From a bacterium (GTDB lineage Bacteria; Muiribacteriota; UBA6191): a stretch of 34,712 bases of DNA. The translations under genes and the position numbers were made by a program. The stretch covers positions 1 to 34,712 of the forward strand of contig JAYZAC010000186.1 of the NCBI GenBank assembly GCA_036339875.1. Reading direction: 5' to 3'. Positions 27,180-34,712 of the stretch are shown piece by piece. Position 1 is the first letter of the stretch; every line of letters starts with the position of its first letter. The notes beneath the pieces were generated by a model that worked only from the letters and a program-made list of their open reading frames with translations, was not told the DNA's origin and did no database searches.

Positions 27180-28208
27180 TTAGACTACAGACTTAAAACT
27201 CGTTAACACTATGATTACTAGTAAAGCTATAACGGTATTTATGAATTTTACTCGAAGAAAATCGCGCCTTGAGCTCGCCAAGAGAGGAACAAGCCCATGA
27301 CCATCCTGAACGATACTTGAGACTAGTAGAGCCGTGAACTCAATCTGTCCATTCCAATATAAGGTAAAAAAAAGAAGATGTGGTCCAGAATCTGGAATAA
27401 AACCCAATAAAATTGCCAAAAACAAAATAGCCCAATATTTATTCTGAATAAATGAATCAAAAGAAGCGCTTTGTTGAGATAATTCCACTACGGCAAATGC
27501 CAGAACTGACCATAAAAAAAGACGTGGAAAATGTTTTTTGAAAATATGACCAATAAAATGCTCCTCGATAAATTGATCAGAAGCACTAAGTAGTACATAT
27601 AAAACGCTCAATCCAACCAAACCTAGAAAAAAAACAACCACCGGCATTAATGGTAAATGACCAATCTGACCTGAAACTAAAGCTAAACAAAATAATATGT
27701 AGCAAATCAATAGAAATAGGCGAGTCCATGAAGGATTCTTGAGATTACCTATTACACTAGTTATTAATTTTTCGCCGTCTTGACTCGGGTAGAAAAGTAA
27801 TTGATCGCATCCGGATTGAAACTTTTGAAAGATCCCTAATCTGTCTACAACAAAACCTGCTATCAGGCCGACCGATACTGTCAAAAAAAGTAGCTTCAGA
27901 TACAAATCGATATCTCGAGCTAATAACACAAACGCAACGTCTCCGATAGTTATAACTGAAGCCGTAACAAGCACACCTACACTGATTAATCCGTGAATAT
28001 AGCATGTTACAACTAGAAAACATCCGAAACAGCCTGGTATTGCTCCCAATGAAGCTGCTAATAAATAAGAACCAAGACCTCCTACTTTCAAGATTTTCAT
28101 AAATGTAGTTCGTGAACTACTGTGAAAGTATTCCACGAGCAGCATCATACAAAGTACAAAGCCTGAAAGACTGAGCGCATGATCAAAGATACTTAATACA
28201 ATATGCAT
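27180..28208 (-). CDS. Putative manganese/metal transporter (DUF2899-like membrane protein)
   Basis: About 10 TMs, LGAIPGCFG, GD.AFV, LG.IPDSGPH and VQDGH motifs; family assignment from recall. Confidence 0.7.
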   Translation of the reverse strand: MHIVLSIFDHALSLSGFVLCMMLLVEYFHSSSRTTFMKILKVGGLGSYLLAASLGAIPGCFGCFLVVTCYIHGLISVGVLVTASVITIGDVAFVLLARDIDLYLKLLFLTVSVGLIAGFVVDRLGIFQKFQSGCDQLLFYPSQDGEKLITSVIGNLKNPSWTRLFLLICYILFCLALVSGQIGHLPLMPVVVFFLGLVGLSVLYVLLSASDQFIEEHFIGHIFKKHFPRLFLWSVLAFAVVELSQQSASFDSFIQNKYWAILFLAILLGFIPDSGPHLLFFTLYWNGQIEFTALLVSSIVQDGHGLVPLLASSRRDFLRVKFINTVIALLVIIVLTSFKSVV

Positions 28209-28312
28209 ATCAACTCAATTATAAAAATGATTCTACCTATTTATTACAGGAATTGAATAGATGAATTAATGAATTGATAAACGATAAGTCAAAAAGACAT
28301 AAAAACAAATTA

Positions 28313-28341
28313 TTGACAATTATAGATTTGGCTAATAAACT
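28313..28341 (+). promoter_or_regulatory. Near-consensus sigma70 promoter with no downstream plus-strand CDS
   Basis: TTGACA (28313-28318), N17, TAAACT (28336-28341); A-rich UP-like tract upstream. Confidence 0.75.
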
Positions 28342-28346
28342 CCGCC

Positions 28347-28440
28347 CCCTGATTTGAAGTCTCGCCCGAGTTTTCATATCTCTGTTGGCCAGGATGGTCG
28401 GGTACCCCCCATCCCCCCACCCGATACCTGGCCAGCTTTA
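28347..28440 (+). ncRNA. Candidate small regulatory RNA (~90 nt) with GC hairpin and C-rich loop
   Basis: Lies downstream of the orphan sigma70 promoter; stem GTTGGCCAGG..TCGGGT / ACCCGA..CCTGGCCAGC (28384-28436), loop ACCCCCCATCCCCCC, followed by TTT; GC-rich island in an AT-rich spacer. Confidence 0.55.
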
Positions 28441-28491
28441 AATCTACCCTGAATCAAATTTACTTTGAAATCTTCAATTACTGAATCTCGT

Positions 28492-29349
28492 CTAAGTCTT
28501 AAGCAATTGCGATGGAGCCTGTGGAAATAAAATTTTTTCCAAAGCTTCTCCTACAACTTGAAAAGCATAAACTAATAATGCGATAGCCGTTGCTGGAGCG
28601 AGAGATAATATCCAAGCGGAGGTCAAATGAGCCTTACCCTCCAAAACTAACCAACCCCAAGACAAGTTATCGGGGCCTCCGCCCAATCCTAAAAAGCTCA
28701 AGGTCGCTTCAGCTAGAATCATTTGACCACATCTAAATGACCACAATACGATCAGCTGGTTCAATATATTAGGAATTAAATGATTGAAATAAATTCTCCA
28801 AGAACTCGCTCCTAAAGATTGAGCTGCTAGAACAAAGTCCTGACCTTGAATTTGCATCAAATAGGAGCGAATTAGCCTACCATTTGCAGCCCAGCCGGCT
28901 AGGCTGAGAGCCAAAATTACGTCAACGGAGCTTGGCTCACTACTTGAAGCTGTAATTAATATAGCGAGTAGAAGAGGGGGAAATACAAGAAATACATCCA
29001 AAACGAAAAGATAAACTTGATTCCAGATTGGCGTAGAAAATAAAATCAAAGAACTTATAATTACAGGAAAAATAATCGTTAAAGTAGCAACACTCAAGCC
29101 AATCAGAAGACTGTACTTAGCTCCATAAATAATTCTTGAATATAAATCACGCCCAAGATGATCACAACCTAGAAGATTAGCTTCACTGGGCCCACTAAAA
29201 GTCATATGTAATTGCTGAGCAAAAGGATCTAAAGGCTGAAAAATAGTTGGATAAGCGGCTAACAAAAATCCTAGTAAAAGAATTGAGAGAGCAATACAAG
29301 TTTGAAATTGCTGTAAACCAGTAAGCTTTGAAAAAAAGCGTTTAAGCAC
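28492..29349 (-). CDS. Peptide/nickel ABC transporter permease (DppC/OppC-like)
   Basis: LLGCDHLGRDLYSRIIYG, FVLAAQSLGAS EAA loop, ILAEATLSFLGLG. Confidence 0.92.
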   Translation of the reverse strand: MLKRFFSKLTGLQQFQTCIALSILLLGFLLAAYPTIFQPLDPFAQQLHMTFSGPSEANLLGCDHLGRDLYSRIIYGAKYSLLIGLSVATLTIIFPVIISSLILFSTPIWNQVYLFVLDVFLVFPPLLLAILITASSSEPSSVDVILALSLAGWAANGRLIRSYLMQIQGQDFVLAAQSLGASSWRIYFNHLIPNILNQLIVLWSFRCGQMILAEATLSFLGLGGGPDNLSWGWLVLEGKAHLTSAWILSLAPATAIALLVYAFQVVGEALEKILFPQAPSQLLKT

Positions 29350-30265
29350 TTTTCAACCTTGGGTCGAGCTCACGATACATCAATTCTATTATAAAGTTGG
29401 TAACACTTACTGCTACGCATGTAACCAGAACTGTGGCCATTATTACATTGTAATCACGGGCTTCTATACCCTGCAAAATATAGGTCCCAATGCCTTTATA
29501 TGAAAAGATTATTTCTGCGACAACCGCACCGGTTAACAGAGATGAAAATTCAATTCCTACTACCGTAACAATGGGTATCAAAGCATTAGTCACTGCATGT
29601 CTCCAAAGTACTTGAAATCGTGTTAAACCTTTTGCAAAAGCAACTTGAATATATTGCTGCTCAAAAACTTGCATCAACCCTGTTTGCGTTACCCTTTGTA
29701 AGAAAGCAGCCGGTCTCAAACCAACTGTTAAACCGGGTAATATTAAGGCCTTCCAACCGTCAGTACCCGTCGGCATCAACCATGAAAGATGTACTGCAAA
29801 AATTAACATTAGAACTAAACCAAACCAAAAAACAGGAGTAGAAATTAACAAAGAAGTCAGCAATCTAAGAAGCAAGTCGGGCCATCGTCCGCTATAAACC
29901 GCTCCTACAATACCGCAACCTAAGCCTAATGATAAAAATAACAGCATACCAACCAAAGCCAATTTCATAGTGTTTCGAAAACGCTGCCATAGTTCACTAG
30001 ATATGTCCTCACCACTTATCAAACTCGTACCGAAGTCAAGGGTAACTAGTCTCTGAATATATGTAGAAAATTTTTGAAGAAAATTTTCTTTCAAATCAAA
30101 TTCTTTGGAATAAACCTGTAATTCTTTTTGTGATAAACCCCTATCAATTTTACTGAATACGGGGTTCCCTGGTATAAATGCCATTACAACAAACGTAATT
30201 AAGAAAACTCCTAGAAGAGTTAGTATAAGTCGTACTAGAGAATGAATAAATTGTTTGATGGTCAC
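29342..30265 (-). CDS. Peptide/nickel ABC transporter permease (DppB/OppB-like)
   Basis: PGNP, DFGTSL, STPVFW, YI..A.AKGL, GAVV.E.IF...G.G, RDY.VI, LDPRL. Confidence 0.93.
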   Translation of the reverse strand: MTIKQFIHSLVRLILTLLGVFLITFVVMAFIPGNPVFSKIDRGLSQKELQVYSKEFDLKENFLQKFSTYIQRLVTLDFGTSLISGEDISSELWQRFRNTMKLALVGMLLFLSLGLGCGIVGAVYSGRWPDLLLRLLTSLLISTPVFWFGLVLMLIFAVHLSWLMPTGTDGWKALILPGLTVGLRPAAFLQRVTQTGLMQVFEQQYIQVAFAKGLTRFQVLWRHAVTNALIPIVTVVGIEFSSLLTGAVVAEIIFSYKGIGTYILQGIEARDYNVIMATVLVTCVAVSVTNFIIELMYRELDPRLKSA

Positions 30266-30269
30266 AACG

Positions 30270-32075
30270 TCAGTCTTTGACTTTTAATACAGCCAAAAAT
30301 GCCTCCTGAGGCACTTCTACTCGACCAATCATTTTCATTCGCTTTTTACCTTTTTTCTGCTTTTGTAAAAGCTTCTTCTTCCTTGTAATATCTCCACCGT
30401 AGCATTTGGCCAAAACGTTCTTGCGCAAAGCAGAAATTGTTACCCGAGCTATAGCACGAGAGCCAATTACCGCTTGTATAGGGACCTCAAACATTTGCTT
30501 TGGAATCAAATCTTTAAGTTTTTCTACTAATTCCCGACCTCTGTAAAAAGCATTTTCTTTAGGCACAATCATAGTAAAAGCGTCTACCGGATCCCCAGAG
30601 ATTGCAATCTCCATTTTAACAAGCTTACCCCTACGGTAGCCAATGAAGTCGTATTCCAAAGACGCATATCCTTGAGTACAAGATTTTAAGCGATCAAAAA
30701 AGTCTATTATCATTTCACTCAGAGGCATTTCGTAATTCAGAATTACACGGGTTTTATCTAAATACTTCATATCCACATAAGTGGCTCGCTTTTTCTCACA
30801 CAAATCCATTACATTGCCAATATATTCTTTTGGCAAGAACAAACCTAAACTTACATACGGCTCTTCAAGGTAATCATACTTGTTGGCCTCAGGTAATTTA
30901 GAAGGGTTATCAATTTCTAGCATTTCTCCCGTGGTCATCTTAACTCGATAGACCACTGAAGGAGCCGTTGCTACTAAATCTAAATTGAACTCACGTTCCA
31001 ATCTCTCTTGAATAACATCGGAATGTAAAAGTCCCAGAAACCCGCACCTAAAACCAAAACCTAATGCTTGTGATGTATCTGGCTCGAAGGAAATCGAACA
31101 ATCGTTCAGTTTTAATTTCTCAAGAGCAACCTTTAAGTTCTCATAATCATCGCCTTCCGATGGATACAAACCACAAAAAACCATCTGTCGAATAGGCTTA
31201 AAACCGGGCATTGCCTCTGTAATAGGATTTTCGGGACTCATCAAGGTATCACCAATGAGAACATCGTCTAAAGATTTGATACTTGCAGTGATAAAACCAA
31301 CCATACCAGCCTGCAAAGCATCAACAGCTTTCTCGTTGGGCGTAAACACTCCGACCCCAGTCACTTCGTATACACTGGCTGCATTGAACATTCGGATCTT
31401 GGTTCCTTTTTTAATTTCACCATCGTAAACCCTAACATAGACGATGACACCTCGATAACTTTCGAACTTAGCATCAAAAATTAGTGCCTTCAGTGGAGCA
31501 CTACGGTCTGCTTTTGGCGGAGGTACCAGCTTATGGATACTTTCCAATATAGAGTCAATGTTAATTTGATTCTTAGCGCTTATAGGAATCACATCTGTTG
31601 CATCAATACCTAAAATTTCTTCAATTTCCTCAGCCACTTCCTCAGGGCGTGCTGCAGGCAAATCAATTTTATTAACTACGGGTAAAATTTCGAGTTCATT
31701 ATCGAGAGCAAGGTACATATTGGCAATCGTTTGAGATTCAACTCCTTGTGCCGCATCAACCACTAGAATAGCTCCATCACAAGCGGCTAGTGCTCTAGAC
31801 ACTTCATATGTAAAATCTACATGACCTGGAGTATCAATAATGTAATAGTGATAAGTATTACCATCCGCCGCGTTATAAATACACTGAACTGCCTGAGACT
31901 TTATCGTAATACCACGCTCTCGTTCTATATCCATGGTATCTAAAACCTGACTCTGCATTTCTCTATCGCTTAAGGTATCAGTCTTGGAAATAATGCAGTC
32001 CGCCAGTGTAGATTTGCCATGATCGATGTGCGCAATGATTGAAAAAATTCTAATATACTTAGGGTCAATACTCAT
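30270..32075 (-). CDS. lepA: Translation elongation factor 4
   Basis: [51 protein letters not shown] 32075 preferred. Confidence 0.98.
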   Translation of the reverse strand: MSIDPKYIRIFSIIAHIDHGKSTLADCIISKTDTLSDREMQSQVLDTMDIERERGITIKSQAVQCIYNAADGNTYHYYIIDTPGHVDFTYEVSRALAACDGAILVVDAAQGVESQTIANMYLALDNELEILPVVNKIDLPAARPEEVAEEIEEILGIDATDVIPISAKNQINIDSILESIHKLVPPPKADRSAPLKALIFDAKFESYRGVIVYVRVYDGEIKKGTKIRMFNAASVYEVTGVGVFTPNEKAVDALQAGMVGFITASIKSLDDVLIGDTLMSPENPITEAMPGFKPIRQMVFCGLYPSEGDDYENLKVALEKLKLNDCSISFEPDTSQALGFGFRCGFLGLLHSDVIQERLEREFNLDLVATAPSVVYRVKMTTGEMLEIDNPSKLPEANKYDYLEEPYVSLGLFLPKEYIGNVMDLCEKKRATYVDMKYLDKTRVILNYEMPLSEMIIDFFDRLKSCTQGYASLEYDFIGYRRGKLVKMEIAISGDPVDAFTMIVPKENAFYRGRELVEKLKDLIPKQMFEVPIQAVIGSRAIARVTISALRKNVLAKCYGGDITRKKKLLQKQKKGKKRMKMIGRVEVPQEAFLAVLKVKD

Positions 32076-32132
32076 AAAAGTCACTTTCCTACTTCCTCTG
32101 CAAGGTAGCAAAAACCTGCTCTTTTGGAAAGC

Positions 32133-32885
32133 TCATAGTCCATTATCAAAGGGTTTTTTAGATAGCAGAACACGCAATGCAAATAGTGGATTACCGATAA
32201 TGTAGCGAACAAACATTCTGCGAGGCTCCAAAACAAATCTATACAGCCACTCCAACCCTCGATTACGCATCCATTGTGGTGCACGTGAAATTTCTTCGGA
32301 AAGATAATCAAAAACCGCACCACCACTCAAAAATACTGAAAATGGTAAATTTTTTTGATTTCGAGCAATCCACAGTTCTTGCTTAGGCATACCCATTCCT
32401 ACAAGGAGCACATCTGCTCTCATGTTTTGTAAACTAGCTAATTGGTCAGCTTCTGATGTATAACCATCTACAATACCAACCAGGTTCAAGTCTGGATATT
32501 CCTCTTTGACTTTTCTAGCTGCCTTTTCTATCACTTTAGGTCTCGAGCCAACGAAAACTATAGAATAACCTTTTTTCGCCAACCAAGGTAATAGCAATTT
32601 CATCCAATCTGCATACGTTATTCTATATGGGACTTTAGATCCGTAAAAACGCATCGCTTGCCGCACACCCTCGCCATCGCAGAATACATAATCAGCATCT
32701 TTCAAGACATTGAAAAACATTTGGTTATCAAAACATAGATTTATGGCATGAGTGTTAATATTGAGTATGCTGGTAGATTTTTTATTAAGAATTACGTATT
32801 CCATTGTTTGATGAAGTTCTTCATACGTGAAGGGAGTAACTCTCATACCCATGAAAAAAACTTTATGTTTATTATTGCGTTCCAA
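32133..32885 (-). CDS. WecB/TagA/CpsF-family glycosyltransferase (GT26)
   Basis: DG.G, RIT..D, VGMGMPKQELW, GGAVFDY, RAP.W....GLEWLYR...EPRR..RY. Confidence 0.93.
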   Translation of the reverse strand: MERNNKHKVFFMGMRVTPFTYEELHQTMEYVILNKKSTSILNINTHAINLCFDNQMFFNVLKDADYVFCDGEGVRQAMRFYGSKVPYRITYADWMKLLLPWLAKKGYSIVFVGSRPKVIEKAARKVKEEYPDLNLVGIVDGYTSEADQLASLQNMRADVLLVGMGMPKQELWIARNQKNLPFSVFLSGGAVFDYLSEEISRAPQWMRNRGLEWLYRFVLEPRRMFVRYIIGNPLFALRVLLSKKPFDNGL

Positions 32886-32946
32886 ACTGGCTCAACTCCC
32901 TACGAAATGATAACATCCCGGCTCACTCAAATTCTTGGAGAAAGTT

Positions 32947-34260
32947 ATGCGCCGTGAATCGCTAATAAATATAGCCTTTTGTGCAGTTTTTTTACTTCTA
33001 GCAATTTTTATTTTTGGGTATTTGAAAAGTACCAAAGCAAAATTAAAAAAAGAAGTGGAGGAAGTGCAGACATCAGTTCTGAGAACATTTCTAGCTGAAA
33101 GAGGAGATTTTACCACTCAATTTAGAACTTTTGGAACTGTAAAAGCGATCAATAAGTTGAATATCAAATCGGAAGTCGCTGGTCGAGTGTTGTCAATACA
33201 TCCAGCATTCTTCGTTGGTGGAGAAATCCTTGCTGATGAACCGATACTGATCATCGACAAAACTGATCTGAGATTATCCATGCAACAGGCTGAGGCCAAT
33301 TACGAACTCAGTACATCACGGTACAAAACTCTTCAGCAAGAATCTAAAAATATTCAAGCTAGTCTGAAACTTCTTCAAGAGAGCTACAAACTCAGTCAAA
33401 ATGAACTTAAACGACACGAACAAATGTACGCCGAGAAAACAATTTCTAGACAAACACTTGAAGACTCACAACGTCGTAGCCAAACACAGCAACTAGCGGT
33501 ATTGAATTCTCAAAATCAGCTGAATCTGATACCTAGCCGTCTTCAGCAAGCCAAATCAACTATTAAACTGCATAAAATCAAACTTGCTGAAGCTAGAAAT
33601 CGACTGCTAAAAGCAGAAATCTTGGCTCCATTTCGAGGTCGAGTCTCTAGTAAAAATATATCCGTCGGTGAGTATCTAAATATTGGAAGCAAAGTGGGCG
33701 AAATGATCGATCTAGATGCTTTAGAAATTCATACACCCATACCAAGCTCTGAGATACCTTGGCTAACTAATGAAATTACAGATTCGAGCACATCGAATAG
33801 TGCCGCTGCTGGGATCAAAGATAAGGCGGTTAAACTCGAGTTTTTAGCTCCTATTTCGCATAGTAGCTTAGGTTCTGTCAGACGCTTAGGCCCATTATTA
33901 GATAATGCTACACGTTCTCTGATGGCCTATATTCAATTTAACGGTAGGCCACTGACAAATACATCTAAAAAACAAACAGAATTACAACAAATACTGCCTG
34001 GCTCATTTTGTAAAGTGAACTTTGAAGGAAAAATTCTCAGAGATGTCCTTAAAGTCCCAAGAAGTAGTCTCAAGCTATCTAAGATACAAGTGGTTCGCCA
34101 AAATAAATTACAGATAATTCCTGTAGACATAATTCGAGATGAAGGCGAGAAGCTTTATATTCGTGCTGATATCCTATCAAATGAGCAGATAGTGGTTTAT
34201 TTTAGTGAACGTAATTCTCTAAATGAAACCGTTAAAACAGAATTATTGAAGAAGATCTAA
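32947..34260 (+). CDS. RND efflux periplasmic adaptor subunit
   Basis: N-terminal TM, SEVAGRV lipoyl half, long alpha-hairpin, I.APF.GRV, VP..S motif; ATG 32947 with GGAG RBS. Confidence 0.9.
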   Translation: MRRESLINIAFCAVFLLLAIFIFGYLKSTKAKLKKEVEEVQTSVLRTFLAERGDFTTQFRTFGTVKAINKLNIKSEVAGRVLSIHPAFFVGGEILADEPILIIDKTDLRLSMQQAEANYELSTSRYKTLQQESKNIQASLKLLQESYKLSQNELKRHEQMYAEKTISRQTLEDSQRRSQTQQLAVLNSQNQLNLIPSRLQQAKSTIKLHKIKLAEARNRLLKAEILAPFRGRVSSKNISVGEYLNIGSKVGEMIDLDALEIHTPIPSSEIPWLTNEITDSSTSNSAAAGIKDKAVKLEFLAPISHSSLGSVRRLGPLLDNATRSLMAYIQFNGRPLTNTSKKQTELQQILPGSFCKVNFEGKILRDVLKVPRSSLKLSKIQVVRQNKLQIIPVDIIRDEGEKLYIRADILSNEQIVVYFSERNSLNETVKTELLKKI

Positions 34261-34712
34261 TGTTCAACATTAAACGTTTCATTCAAAACCCCGTCGCTAC
34301 AAACCTTCTGATGACAATTATTCTTCTTTGGGGAACGATAGCCTGGTTTCAAATTCCTAGAGAAACTTTCCCCGAATTTGAATTCGATATGATCAATATA
34401 AGTGTCGTTTATCCTGGGTCTACTCCAGACGAAATCGAAGAAAGTATAATCACTCGAATTGAAGAACGCATTTCACAGGTTAGTGGAATCGATGAAATTT
34501 CCAGCTCCTCTCAAGAGGGCATAGGATCAGTCAATGTAAAAATAGAACCTGGTTTCGATATTCGAAGGGTCAAAGATGAAATTGAAACCCAGGTTGGCTT
34601 AATCAGCACATTTCCACGGGATGCTGAAAAACCTAGTATTGCACAAGTTGTTCGAAAGCAACCTGCAATTTTAGTAGGAATTCATGGTGACCTAAGTGAG
34701 GACGCATTAAAA
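34260..34712 (+). CDS. RND efflux permease (AcrB-family), partial, runs off the right edge
   Basis: TAATG coupling to the adaptor; MFNIKRFIQNPVATNLLM...RETFPE...YPGSTPDEIEESI...SQEG.G...FPRDAEKP. Confidence 0.92.
   Translation, partial: MFNIKRFIQNPVATNLLMTIILLWGTIAWFQIPRETFPEFEFDMINISVVYPGSTPDEIEESIITRIEERISQVSGIDEISSSSQEGIGSVNVKIEPGFDIRRVKDEIETQVGLISTFPRDAEKPSIAQVVRKQPAILVGIHGDLSEDALK

Noticed and set aside
28237..28377. 46-codon minus-strand ORF (MKTRARLQIRG...)
   Set aside because: Weak RBS, AT-rich non-protein-like tail, and it lies across the opposite-strand promoter.
28350..28470. yybP-ykoY (Mn) riboswitch on the minus strand ahead of the putative Mn transporter (GGGTAG...CCAACA...GGCGAGAC)
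   Set aside because: The gene context fits, but the GGGGAGUAG strand and four-way junction cannot be built, and a strong plus-strand promoter explains the element better. An Infernal search with the yybP-ykoY model would settle it.
32081..33299. Short overlapping ORFs around the glycosyltransferase/RND junction, and similar 60-150 aa antisense ORFs throughout the flagellar cluster
   Set aside because: They overlap well-supported genes and have no recognisable motifs or RBS.
1..34712. Alternative genetic code or stop-codon readthrough
   Set aside because: Conserved genes are full length under code 11, and TGA, TAG and TAA all end genes at the expected positions.

Overview
AT-rich bacterial chromosomal window from an apparently diderm, flagellated organism with Firmicute/spirochete-style flagellar genes (fliY, flbD, ylxF/motE-like). 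From left to right: xdhB (partial) and xdhA; a giant secreted FecR-domain protein with TolA-like 8-aa repeats and a long coiled coil; ccsA/hemX-hemA with a divergent Cys/His-rich small protein; a SPOR protein; a ~15 kb minus-strand flagellar cluster (flbD-motA-motB1-motB2-fliL2-[mog, inverted]-fliL1-fliM-fliY-fliO, then flgB-flgC-fliE-fliF-fliH-fliI-fliJ-motE-like); phasin-like gene, ltaE, putative Mn transporter, dppBC-like permeases, lepA, a WecB/TagA glycosyltransferase, and an RND adaptor plus partial permease. No rRNA, tRNA, CRISPR array or mobile element was seen. Most notable: (1) one Na+-type MotA/PomA with two tandem, very elongated MotB paralogs, only one of which keeps the peptidoglycan-binding Asp/Arg, plus two FliL genes (possible heterodimeric or switchable stator); (2) an unannotated ~90-nt plus-strand sRNA candidate with a near-consensus sigma70 promoter, GC hairpin and C-rich loop; (3) fliG missing between fliF and fliH, with the cluster halves permuted; (4) four sigma28-like promoters sharing a variant TNAT-N16 -35; (5) a FliY with degenerate phosphatase sites. 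All family calls come from motif recognition by eye; no searches were run.
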